This document shows, piece by piece, positions 40,777 through 53,630 of a DNA stretch of 64,000 nt. The stretch comes from Eledone cirrhosa (Eukaryota). The translations under genes and the position numbers were made by a program. The number at the start of each line of letters is the position of its first letter. Within the stretch, counting starts at the first letter, position 1. The notes beneath the pieces are model-generated. The model did no database searches. It saw nothing but the letters and a program-made list of their open reading frames with translations, and was not told the origin of the DNA. The DNA lies in assembly GCA_964016885.1 (NCBI GenBank), contig OZ024741.1:379936001-380000000 (forward strand), in the 5' to 3' direction.

Positions 40777-41328
40777 GTGTGCATGTATGCGTGTGTACAT
40801 GTATGCGTGTATGTGCCTTTGTTTCCATTGTATTTGAATGTGTCATATATATTTAAATTTTAATTTTACCACTAACTTTCTTATACAACTCATTGGCTTA
40901 TATAACAATTTTATATTGCTAGACTTTCTTCATATCTTCTTTTTCATATTCTCATTGAAATTTGATAGTATCGGTTTAACTGTTCCAACCAATGCCCTCG
41001 TATAAGTGAAGTAATCTATAATTTGTTAATTAATGGTCGAAGACTATTGACCCTTTTGTTACTAACCCACCCCAAACTGGCTGAAACCAGTTCAAAAGAG
41101 AAACAAAACGGATATAATCTATAATACTGATGACAGAAGATCTGATGATATCAATAATGACGGTAGCAAAACATCGATATCCGGAAAATCCATTTTAGTA
41201 AAAAGAAATATATATTGTAATATATATGTATTGAGGATATTTTTTTATATTATGTTTTAATAGGGCTTTTTGTTCATCAGTTACTAAAGAATGTAAACCC
41301 TAATTTAGTCTATAGATATGTTGATAAT

Positions 41329-41515
41329 TGTTTCTACGTTAGGCACAAGGCCAGCAATCACCTAGTGTATTACTGGTACTTTATTTTATCAACCCTGTAA
41401 GGATAAAAGGCAAAGTTAACGTCGGCGGGATATTAACTCAGAATGGCAAGGGCCGTAACTCTATGCGCCAAAGCATGGCATCCGACATTCTACCATTACT
41501 GCCAATCCACCGCCG
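41329..41515 (-). mobile_element. Full-length SINE with 17-bp TSD
   Basis: TSD atagatatgttgataat at 41312-41328 and 41516-41532; SINE body in reverse. Confidence 0.85.
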
Positions 41516-41536
41516 ATAGATATGTTGATAATGCTA

Positions 41537-41782
41537 TCTATCTACATATATAATTATTTGTCTCTCTGTCTGTTTCCTTATGCATTCTCAAATGGCTCGA
41601 TCAAATCAAATCAAATTTTACAATGTAATAATATTAGACCACTGTATTAATAACATGTAATTTTTATTTTCCTTTGGATTAAAACAAAATAACATTTTAT
41701 CTAAAATAATATTTCTATAGTCAACAATACTATGGCGGCGACGACAACGTCTCATTTTGTATATGAGTGTGGATGTGTTTGA

Positions 41783-41815
<33 letters not shown>

Positions 41816-42704
41816 TGTGTGGGGGGGGGGTATGGGTGTGTGTGTGTGTATGTATGTGTTCGCTACGAATTATAGGCCTTAGTAAGCTGCATACGCATAT
41901 ATCTTCACGTAAATATTTAATCAGGTACACAGAGAATTATATGCACGCACACATCTTCACATGTGATGACTGGCAAGTATGTGTGTGAGTGTCAATGAGA
42001 GTGTATGTGTGTGTGTGTGTATACATACATTTCTGTGACCACTGACATAACAAAGGCTGGGGGGTGAAAGTATGTGAGTTTGTATGAATGTATATCTGTG
42101 TGTGTTTTTCATAAGGGTATGTTTCTGTGACTGTATGTGTGTTTTCTTGGTTGAAACTGTGTGTGTTTGTATGAATGTATGTCTGTTTGTGTGTTTTCAT
42201 ACGTGTATGTTTGTGTGAGTGTAAGTGTGTCTCTTCGTTAAATTAGTAGTTAATACATTTGCTTATATTTGGTTAATTTACACTGCATTCAAACATAATA
42301 ATTACTATATATTTCCTTTAGATGTTGACATTTATTTACAATATTGAAAAACAATGTCTTTATTCTTAAAATTCCTCTCATACCTACAACTGTTCCATTT
42401 GATTTTAAAATGCTTCAGTTTCCAGTCAAACTATGTTTTGTTATTTCATTTAACAAATCTCAGAGTCAATCCCTCAAGATAGTTGGACATGGTCTTTCTA
42501 CTACATGTTTCTCTCACAGTCAACTCTATTGTTTACCCTGGCAGATTTTCATTTCTGATTTCTATTATCATTAACATTTTGATATTTATTTTTATAAAAT
42601 ATAGATATTTTGAAATAATTATAAGAAAATATATTTCATACTTATTGCTTACTAATTTGAATAAGAACAGCAGTAACCTGGGCAACGCCGAGTCATTCAG
42701 CTAG
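41537..42704 (+). mobile_element. Non-autonomous Helitron with PIF1-helicase C-terminal remnant
   Basis: IPLIPTTVPFDFKMLQFPVKLCF...NKSQSQSLKIVG...CFSHSQLY; 3' hairpin-like cctgggcaacgccgag then CTAG|T; candidate 5' A|TC (5' end less certain). Confidence 0.7.
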
Positions 42705-42739
42705 TCCATTAATATGGAGAATAAGGATAATTCATTGAT

Positions 42740-42827
42740 TTCTTCTTCTTCTTCTTCTTCTTCTTCTTCTTCTTCTTCTTCTTCTTCTTCTTCTTCTTCT
42801 TCTTCTTCTTCTTCTTCTTCTTCTTCT
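42740..42827. repeat. (CTT)n microsatellite
   Basis: Direct reading. Confidence 0.95.
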
Positions 42828-43240
42828 CATCAGGCTTCCCCATCCTCATAAACTTAGTATTCCTGCCTTACATTCTTCTCTATTCTTGTCTTAATTATGC
42901 CGAAGCATGTGTCATAATGCCATGAATATTTGCATGATATTCCATATTTTAAAAATGATAAATGACAGCAGCATAAAAAGTCAAACTTTCTACAAACCTA
43001 TACAAGCAACGCAAATATCCTCTGAGTGTTGAATTCCTGAACGCTAAAAATGTCAGAAATTCGTATGAGTGATATGAGTAATATAGAAATCCTAGTCGGA
43101 CAAAGTCAATCACTGGTGAACATTTGATATCATTGTCAATCTTAGTCTTGTAATATATGCTTGTATACCAGAATTGAAATATGTTATTGATAGAACTGTG
43201 ACATTTAAACGGAAGCACATGATCTGTACTTGTATCTCTC

Positions 43241-43361
<121 letters not shown>

Positions 43362-44099
43362 TGTGTGTGTGTGTATGTAAATATATGGCTTTGTTTCTGT
43401 ATTTGTATGTCCGTATATGCATAGGTATATATATATATGTGTGTGTGTGTAAGTGTGTGAGTTTGTGTGGGTGTGTGTGTGTGTGTGTGTGTGCGACTGT
43501 AGGATGTGTATAAATTCTGTAGTTATTAGGATTCATTTTTATGTGTTTTTATCATGTAAGTCGAGATATGTCAATATAGATTTCTATAATAAATTAACCA
43601 CAAGCGATGCATTTACTAAACAATCCAAAGTACATTAATGTTTTCACATCGTAGTTTTGAGAAAACGTGAATGTGGTACAAGTTATAGCTGCAACTTAAT
43701 GCACTTCCACAGTTTAAGGATTAATGCATTGTACATAGTATCGTACTGAATAACGAAGCCTCCTAACAAATATTTTCCATAATATTTTAAATAACGTTTC
43801 TGTTTGATTTTTGCATGTAGTAATCCTGCCAAGCTTTCTATTCCTTTTTTTTATGTTTGCATAAAAAAGAAATGAAATATATTGTAAAAGTGAAAGTTGA
43901 TTCCAAATATCTCCTACTACTCCTGCTGCTGTTACTGCTACCACTACTACTACTGATCCTACAGCTGCTATTACTACTAATACAAAAACCCCACCAGTAC
44001 CGCAAGTACGACGGCCACTACTACTTTTTTTTATCATTAATAATAATTTCTTTAATTAATTGATAATAATTGTTTCAACTTTTGGCACAAGGCCATCAA

Positions 44100-46550
44100 T
44101 TAAGGAAAGTGAAAATTGGAGAAGTTGATAATGGCTTCATCAAAACGATAATTTCCTGGCCTCAACCATTTTAAATACGTGAACCATGGCCGCCGGGCAG
44201 ATGAAGTCTGTCTCCCCCAAAACAGTGTCACATTTACATGACACTTAACCTCTATAAAATACCAAGATGGATATTTCACCTAGCGTAGAGCACGATTGAC
44301 TGAGCAGTGAACGCTTGAAACAATTGCACATTCTAGACGCTCCATTTCTGTCTTCGCTTGATCCAACGAGCTAGGGAGACACGCGTCTCGCAAACAGCGA
44401 CTACGACAGTTTAGCATTAAGGAAATTATAGAGATGTAGCCTCAGTGCATGTCTGTCCATCGTAAACCATGGCATGCCCAGTCCTCCACACAGTGGGTAT
44501 ATACAGCTAATGTATTTCTTGCCCATCGAAGTGTGTCCCTTCCACAAGAAACGAAAGAGTAATAAGACAAGCACAAGGACATAGGCCGATGATCAGATAG
44601 TAGTAGATAACGTATGCGATATATTCATTCACAACCTCTGACACATCATTTAGGGATAGGTTTCTCTCGGGCCATTTCTGGGTAAGAGTGGCCACTCTGA
44701 TCGCTACCGCGTCTTAGCTTTTGTCAATTGGGAGATATGGATGAAACAAAACGTCCGAGCAATTAAAACAGTATATCAGTCCAGTGCCCGACAACACAGT
44801 TGAACGGCATGGACCTGCTACTTCAAGAAGCGAGTCGGTGGTATGCTGAATTTTGCAGAGCAATTTTCGCTCCTGTCACCGCTTCGTATTCTCTAAAAGC
44901 TGTACCGATCACCTCGATAAGTTTGTGCTTGACATCATTTGATTGATGTCGTCCTCATGTGCCGAAAAGGATCTCCCATATCTTATTTCGCGTGGGAGGC
45001 CTGTCACCGTCTTCAATTTTACTGTAGTGCCTCCCGAGTTAGTACATACGACAGGGATGATAGAGGACAGATTAGGCGGATCTACCGGCTGACACTGAAG
45101 GAATTCTAGATGTGACGTTTCATTATGAGAACTAAGCAGATGTGTCTGTGTATTTCAGCCATCTATCCACTAAAGCCAGGCACAAACCCTGCTGTCATGA
45201 GGGTCCCAGCTAGTTAACGAGTGTCGGTTTCATGGAATTATTTTGGTGAATCTTGATCAGGGCTCCACTCGTGTCATTTTCCTTAGCTTCCTTCTCTATG
45301 CTGTATTGCATAAATTGGCGGTTGCCGTGAATATTGCTGTTTAGAATGGCACACGACTGTGCCTATATATCAAACAATCTACAAGAAGATCCAAATTCGT
45401 CGCTAATATATTTTTAATCATGCATTTAGCAGAATTTTGGGACTAAAATTATTGACATAGTCACATTTGTTCTCATCAGCACCACTGTTTTTCGGCTGAT
45501 ATAACTGGGAATTCTCCTGTTTTGCTGTCAGTTGCAGTAGACGCCTGCCAAGGAGTGAGTGAACATGTCTTGTATGTAAAATTCGTAGTGCTGACCATCC
45601 TAACAAGGCGATCTGCCTCTCGTGCAACAAGGCATTGCCTCCCGTATTTCAGCGAATGTTATCTGTTTTTCCAAACATTGTATCCGTTATTATGAGCCGC
45701 CACACCATATGAAGTTAGACATTGAAGTCCATCCCGTGATCCGGCCCATCTCCACTCAGAACAGTTTCAGCGTAGCGTTGTTGAATAACACACATGTGAT
45801 AGGGAGCTATATACATCCGTTTTGGTCCACCAAAGACCGGATTGTGGATTTGTTGCAAGGCACACCTCCACAAGACGAGCCACTCGAAAGGCGTTTCTCC
45901 CCTTGTATTTAAGACGAGGTGCATTCTGACAACGCAGCTTGACGCCTTCCGTTAAAGAATTGGTGGACTGCCAATCTCGCCTCAAATACGTTAGCTTCGT
46001 TCCCTTTCCTAAGCGTTTCTTCTGTCTTTCCAAATCTCTCTAAATCTCTCTCTCTCTAGCCTGATTTTCTATATCGCTACACCTTTACAAAACCATATCG
46101 ATTCTGCTCTAATGGCCATGTTGTGTTGATAATTGCCCCCACTTCAACGCTCGCTTTATTAATTCACTAGTTAGATTTATGCTGGTTTGCGTGCTGGTAA
46201 GTACGGTTCAGCTACCAGTAAACGTGTCTCTGCCTATCTATGTTTCACTGTCTACATCACAATTCTGTGTTCTGTATAGTTGACTACTTTAAATTGAGGA
46301 CAAACATTACTAGCCTTATCTACTTTTCTTCAGAATACACTACATATACACAATTTGGATGATCCGATGGGCTTTCCCCTTATCTAGACTAGAACATTCG
46401 GGATCAATTCGCTACCTGTCAGAGAGTTGGAAACTTTGATCAGGTTTCTGAGATATTTACATACTCCTCCCTTATCAGATAGCTCACCAGAATTCCAGCT
46501 TGTATCTAAAATACCTTTTTTGTCACCGACTAACACTGAATAGCAAGATT
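44100..46550 (-). mobile_element. Heavily decayed Gypsy-type LTR retrotransposon pol remnant
   Basis: Reverse-strand traces of RNase H (YSIEKEA, ~45290) followed by integrase-like NG....VQ.FKRSL (~44320); GC-richer block. Confidence 0.4.
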
Positions 46551-47760
46551 TTTGTAGAAATTTGTCCAGGCGCCTGAAGAAACCAGGTTGTCCTGCTCCT
46601 GTCGGGCTTTAGGCGTCCACTCGATTGAAGGTATCTTCTTCGCTGCCGGTTACGTCCAGCACCACTAACTTATCTTCTGGGTCAAGGAAGTTTTTCCGGT
46701 CGGGGAAATCCAGGCAATTCCGATTCATCAAAGCGATTCTACCTCGTCATACTGGACGGCTTGGACATACGTACAAAAGGTAGTCACTGATGCTTGCCTC
46801 AGAAATTCTGTTCTCACTGATGGCCACTACAGCAGTGTTCAGTGAGCTGAGTTCGTTTAGCAGGTTCCACTGTTTACAAGATAACACTTGTTAACGTGCA
46901 TTTATATTGTCTATCCTAAATAAAGGCATATTGTGGGTACTTCCATACGAATATTTCTCTATATATTTATTTGTTTTTTATTATTTTCCATGGACCCTCG
47001 AAAGTCTCTAATTGCCTCGGTGTATTTTCCCGTTTTAGTTTGATAACAGCTTTTGGTCAATCTGTATCATTTTTATGTGCTTGTAGTACGATATTCTTTT
47101 TGCGTAGAGAGGGGGGTAATGTAACTTTACTCTGTAATGTTGGTGTTTGCTGTATGTCTTGTTATATCCGTTTAGAGTAGTATTTCCATCCCCGATCCGG
47201 ACTAGTTCTCTTGTTTTATTTTCTTAACTTTTAGAATAATAGTGCTTTCCATGGCATCGGTAAGGACGACTACCATTAGCCAATGTAGGGGGCTGGACCT
47301 TGATGAGGCTCAACTTTATCAAAAGTTCGCTACAATAAGACGGCACCAGGTTTAGCTCCTTAATATTAAGTGGTATGCTCTTCATTTCTATTTGGTTATC
47401 AAAAATACGTCTACTGTCCTGAATTTTCTCTATCGTGCAACATGGGTTGTGCGAGCACTTTGCTGGTCACGGCCACAGTTTGTTTTGTGGCTGCATCACA
47501 CTTTATTGTTTGGTATTTACGCCCATCTCTATAACATTTTCCCGGCTGCTGCTGTTTTTGTTGTTGGCGACGGTGAAGTAGTAGGAGATGCATGTAGTAG
47601 TGGTGGCAACTGTAGGGATGGTGACGTTTTTATTGTTAATCTTTAAAGACGTGTCAGAAACCTTGACATGACACACATTTTTCTTGTGCAAAAGGATTGT
47701 GCTTCCCTCGAGCACGGATGTATCGTGCACATTCTATTGAATTCTAAGCGTAATGCGTGA
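46550..47760 (-). mobile_element. Tx1/L1-like LINE fragments (APE start and ORF1 remnant)
   Basis: Reverse strand ccgacaggagcaggacaacctggtttcttcaggcgcctggac matches the 18965-19015 region of the Tx1 element. Confidence 0.55.
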
Positions 47761-47999
47761 ATAAAATTACAAATATCTAAGCTAAAGGCACAAATAATGT
47801 GGGATTGCCTTTTCTTAGGGCAAAGAATGGCAAGATTTTTACACGTTGCAATAGAATTTAAACAATATAGAACCTTGAAAGTAAATGCAAAACAGTAAAA
47901 CCTTGAAAACATCGATGACAGACAAACAATAGTAATGGATTCTGATATAGGCATAAAGGTCAAGATTTGGGGAGAGGAAAGTCGATTAAATCGAATCCA

Positions 48000-48590
48000 T
48001 TGTGTTATATGTGCTCTATTTATTGAAACTATGAAGATGGAAGTCAAGGTTAACCTCGGTGGGTTTCACTACATGAAGGGTCGTAACTCTACACCACTAA
48101 GCATGGAGTCCGAATCTCTACCGATACAGCCAATCAACCGCCCTTAATGGTTTCTGATTTAGGCACAACGTCAGCAATTTTGGCGGAGGCGAATGTCGAT
48201 TAAATTGAAGCCAGTAAGTTATTGGTACTTTATATTATTGACACAGTAAGGATGAAGCTAATATCACCACATGAGTTTTATCTTTCATTATTACCGGGTC
48301 GATAAGATAAACTATCGGTAACGTACTGGGATCGACTTTCTACTCTTGTGTCGAAATTAGAAACCATTATTAACGTTGCTTGGCAGTATCGGTAGAGCAC
48401 CAGACACCATGCTTTGCAGCATAGAGTTGTGGCCCTTTACGTTATAAGTTCAAAAACCCACCGAGGTTAACTATGACTTTCCTCCTTATGGGGTCGATAA
48501 AATAAAGTACCAGTGACATACTGGGGTCGATTTAATTGACTTCCCCTAAAAAAGATTTATGGCCCTGTGCCGATACTACAAATCATTATT
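48000..48590. mobile_element. Cluster of SINE copies in both orientations
   Basis: Reverse copies at ~48000-48260; forward copy at ~48378-48590 (ggcagtatcggtagagc...ggggtcgataaaataaagtaccagt). Confidence 0.7.
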
Positions 48591-49017
48591 TGTTCCTTTA
48601 ATGTAGCTTCAGCACAGCACTATTAATTTTGTTTATGTTTTGCCATTGTATTGAATGTAATACATGTAACAAGTATGTAATACGTCTTACTCCTATTTAC
48701 TTTGTTTCATTTGTTCATTTGTATGTAAAGCGTTCAGTGATATATGTACATTTCCTTGCCTCATATTTTATCATATCCAACGCTTGCAATCGTGGGCATA
48801 GCTTCGGTTTTATCATATTCCATGATACTTTTCACTTGACCAAGAATTTTTCTTCTCCTAATGATGTATTTTAATGTGGGTAATTCAATTTGTATTCTAA
48901 TGTGGAAAAATATGGCGTAATTACTGTGAATTATTAACATACTTCAGAATATGAACACTTCATCAATATTATGAACACTTTCTTGTGTATAAAATCTACA
49001 ATATTATGCAACATGTA

Positions 49018-49076
<59 letters not shown>

Positions 49077-49861
49077 ATGTGTGTGTGTGTGTGTGTATGC
49101 GTGTGGGTGTTGGTGTGTGTGTGTGTGCGCGTGTGTATGCATGTGTGTGTATGTATGTAAGTATGAGTGCGTGTATAATTATATATGTCTGTGCGGTGCA
49201 GATAAGACAACAGAAGACTGCAAGATGTTTTGACGTGTTTACTAGGTTGAATCATGGAATTTCAACTGATATACTGCACCATACACCGCTCTCCCTCTCT
49301 CCCCCTCTCTCTCTTTCTTTATATATATATATATATATTTATACACACCTCCTCCTGTCGATCGCTTTATAGACTGGCCTGTCATTTTGCATTGTTTAGG
49401 CGAAGAAGAGTATGCAACAATTGAGAGTAAGATGTTAAACATTAATCAGAAATCTATTTTTTAATAATAACAAAATAATTTCATGTTAACATTTTCTATG
49501 GATTCTTAAGATTTATATTTGTATATGTATTATATATGTGCTTCATGTGTGTGGTGTGTAACAGTTACAAGATTTTGCAATATATTAGGATTGTATCATC
49601 AAATGATAGGTCTGGTATTATTTAGTACTTAAATTTATCAGAAAATTGTTATGAAAAATATTTCATCACAATGTATAATTAATAAAGAGATGATATTATT
49701 CATTATTCTGACAATTATGTGGTGATGATAAGGTTGTTCTAAATACAAATAATAATGTTGATGCTTATTCATGTGATATAAATTACAGTATATTAGTGTC
49801 TAAAGGAAAGGAGACTGACATATGTCAGATGCAGAGTATATATTTTCACAACCTAAACGAG

Positions 49862-49893
<32 letters not shown>

Positions 49894-49944
49894 CATCAAC
49901 ATCATCATGATCATCGTAATATGGGCTCAAGACACACACACATC

Positions 49945-50395
49945 ACGGGTGGAAGAAGATATGGGACCAAACGAACAAACACTAGAACGAGGTGACGAGT
50001 AGGGTGGCCCCTCTCATCCAGAAATGTTTCTGAAAGGAAATTATCCCTGAAAGGTGTGGCAGAGGTGGTGAGCGCATTCATCGTGTCCGTCATCTACTAC
50101 CACCTAACCATCATGCCATGTCCTAAGCACCATTTGTCTGCACTGGGACGCTTTCTCTTTTGCTTGTCGTGGACGTGACGCGTTTCAATGATCAGGAGTT
50201 TCATATGCTGTCACCTCCCGCAACGTGTAGGGTTGGGCATGCCTGACTAATGATGCTCAAACATTCACTGAGGCTGTGACATCTCCAGCTCTTATTTGAT
50301 GGCGAACAAGTGTGGTCATCATTTGCTAGAAAGGTTTTTTTCCCAAATTGTTCCCTTGGTAGAATTGTAGTCCTGGGTCAAGCGAAGACCGAAAA
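49945..50395 (+). mobile_element. Tx1/L1 RT C-terminal fragment
   Basis: Homologous to 20340-20780 (gaaaggaaattatccctgaaagg, catctactaccacctaaccatc, gaacaagtgtggtc). Confidence 0.7.
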
Positions 50396-51489
50396 TATCT
50401 AGCCTCCTGAGCTTCTATACCCTCCATACCCCCATGGCTTATCTTTTTCTTTATTATTTCAATCTCAATCTCATAAAGTCATCTGGTTTTGTGTATTGGA
50501 TTTACCAGATCACAAATCCTTTGTTCACTTACTTCAATGAGACCCATCTCCTGCGATACTTGTTATATTCACATGCCTGCTTTTAAAATAACACTCCAGC
50601 CGTGTCTTGATGACGACCGGGTTATTATTATTATTATCATTATCATCATTATCACGTTTATTTCGCGATACATTTACGAGTTTGCTCCAATAAGTATTTT
50701 ACTTTTCACTTGTTTTAAAAGCCAGTTATAGTTCATGTTTTGTTGTAAACGTTAAATAAGTCCAAGACTTGATCCTCGCAAAATTTGAATCTTTCATATT
50801 TGGTCCAAGTGCCCAAATATCTATTCCTTTAAATCATGAATTATACCCAGTATTGAAGATTAATGGGGCGACATCTTTTCAGTATCCATAGAATAGTATG
50901 AAGATTTTAGTACCTGCAAGACCTGTCAAATTACATGAGCAGAAGTCTAAGAAACTATAACATAATCGTCACCAACATCACCACCTCTACATATTACACA
51001 AACAAAGCTACGTAGCTATCAAGAACATCAAAAGCGCTCTATCAACAGCAACAAGAAAAACAGGAAGAACAAACAATATTTTCACGGAAAAAGATTTCCG
51101 AAAACTATGAAAGAGCGAGTAAAAAATGTCAATTAACCAACAGGACAGCCAACCAGATATCTAACTAGCAAATGAATCTGCAAATCATTCAGTGACCCAG
51201 CTACCCAGTCAACCAAATTGCTAAGCACTTAACTGGCCAACCATTCACAGAACAAGCCAACAAATTAACCAGCCTTGAAGTCATTTGCGAGGGCTACATG
51301 TAATATGCGAAAGATGCCAAATAATGAAAACTTGATGTGTAAAATCATGGCCTTAAAAGACCACACATTCGCTCTCAAGACCAGATATATGTAACTGAGG
51401 ATACACGTTTCTTCAGAGTCGTAGATTTTAAAAAAAAATGATAGGGGCCAAATCATGAATGTTAAAACGCCGCTCCGATACAAACATCC

Positions 51490-53392
51490 AAGAGGGCTTT
51501 GGATGTGTTTGGGATAAGAAAGGAAGACTGATAACTGTTGGCATGAAATATGCCTAAGTCGGTGTCGAATTTCCGACCGTGGAAGAAGCTAACCGGAAAC
51601 TTAGCCAAATACAGAGTGTCACATGTGCTGACACAGATAAGCTACTATTAGCTGAGAGCGGCCGGACACTCAGATGTCGAGTGTCTAACAATTCCAGACA
51701 AAGAAATCGGAAAAATGTTGCGGAAATGGGGTAGAAATCCTCATAGAAATTGGCACGCAGTCCCTGGACTAAAGCCCCGAGGTAATCAACCACCAGTATT
51801 GGCAGTAGTGGTAAAATCGGGGTGGCCATAGTGTCAGAAATAACTGCCAACAAACTCCACGACTCCCAACGCCTCTACCACGGCAGCAAACCACACCAGA
51901 AGCACTGGCATCTACCCAACAACAGCAGAAAGACGTTCGGCACAAAACGCGAAAACGATTATGGTGGTGCCTAAACCTACACCATCAACGGTGAAACTAA
52001 CAGCAGGAGTTGCCGCACCGGCAGCCACAACAACCACAACGGCAACAGCACCAACAATGACATCAATACTCGTGGAAGACATGCCGCTCTCGGACGGCAC
52101 ACATCTGTTTATAGATAGGGGCAAACTGTCTACCACAAAAATCAACAGAAAACTGTCTGTCCTCACATATAGGAGGTGAATGAAAAATAAATCTAACCGT
52201 AAGACAACTACTGCTGACATCTACACTAGCAGCAGCATCACCATCACCACCACCCACACGACAGCATACAACATACAACAACATACGAAAACCCATCAAA
52301 AGAAGCAACCTTTAAAAATTACGCAGCCATAAATACAAACAACAAAAAATAATGTAACACATAATGCACAACACCACAATACAGGAAACGAATAGGGTTC
52401 ACACATACGGATAGTATGTAGACATCACGCAACGAAATTGAAACGAATATTCTCCGATGCATTTGGAGATTGTTGAGGATCGATCTCCAAAATAATATAT
52501 AGTGGTATCATTGCTGAAGTATCGCAAACCAGCTGGAATGACAGTGTGATCACTAGAAAATCCAAATTTCGTTATGTAGTGGGGTAGTGGCGGATAAAGG
52601 CGCTGACTTACTTGGTGAGACTGTAGTCATCACCAAAAATCAACTAGCCACGCTTTTCGTCCAGAGATCATGGATGACTTCCGGAAACCCCTGGTCTGGC
52701 AGTGCTTACGGGGAGCATTGTTAATCCGAAAAAAAGCTTGGAAGCGACGTCAGCCTGTTTGAGATGCGGTAAGGCAGGCGAAGCTGAATTGCATGCACTC
52801 GTCGTGTGTGTGAGTATTGTTGACTGGGAGTTATGTCAAACAACCGTTGTTGCGAATAGGACGTGCCCGGCTATCAGATGTCCATGTACCAAGTACATGT
52901 ACCTTTTATCTGCTTTGTGGCCATGGTGATAAATGATGTTTGGCGTTGGTGTTTGAAATAATTGAAGACAAGAATTTTCATTTTCGGTGAAACTCTGATT
53001 GACCTGTTCAGGTTTTACTTGAAGGGGAAAATCTGGGTGATGAGCAAAGTGCAACTCACAAACAGTTTGTTGAAAGTGGGTGGGAGTGAGGAGCGGACAT
53101 CGGGTAATGTGCCTGCTATAAGTATGTGCCCGTAAATTGGAGGAGGACCACGCCGATAGAGTACTTGCTATAACGGTCAGGGTGAGCGTGGTTTTTGAGG
53201 ATTTCTCCATGTTTGACACTCGGAAGTTTCCCCACTTTTAAGGAATTTGCTTTTCTTTGAATTTTTACGTTTCTTTGTTATCGTTATATTATATTTTACA
53301 TGCAAAAACACACACTCTATTGCCCTGTAGCCTTCTGTACCGTATACCTATTAATTTTTTATGTGAGCCCTGTGTGGCTAATAAATAAATCA
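51490..53392 (+). mobile_element. Internally deleted Tx1/L1 LINE (ORF1 remnant joined to 3' end)
   Basis: PKPTP/TTTT ORF1-like stretch; atggatgacttccggaaacccctggtctggcagtgc matches ~20968; ends gtggctaataaataaat before (ATT)n. Confidence 0.65.
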
Positions 53393-53419
53393 TTATTATT
53401 ATTGTGAACGATTTGCAGA

Positions 53420-53630
53420 GTAGTTTGAGCATCGGATTAACTCTCAAACCTATTTGTTGTAGCACTTTGTGTTTCAAGTTTAAACGCCGTTGTGTTCAAA
53501 TATATCTTTCATATTTTCGGGTCCAATAAAATGAAGTACTAAAGACTGTTATATCACCCTGGGGGCGATATAACAGTCTTTTCTCTTTCCCTACAATTGC
53601 TGGTCCTATGCCTCAGTTACAAGAATTACT
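53420..53630 (+). mobile_element. Diverged SINE
   Basis: ctttcatattttcgggtccaataaaatgaagtac...caattgctggtcctatgcct. Confidence 0.45.

Noticed and set aside
41140-41200. CTGATGA motifs between microsatellites
   Set aside because: No clean GAAA, stem III or stem I partner found.
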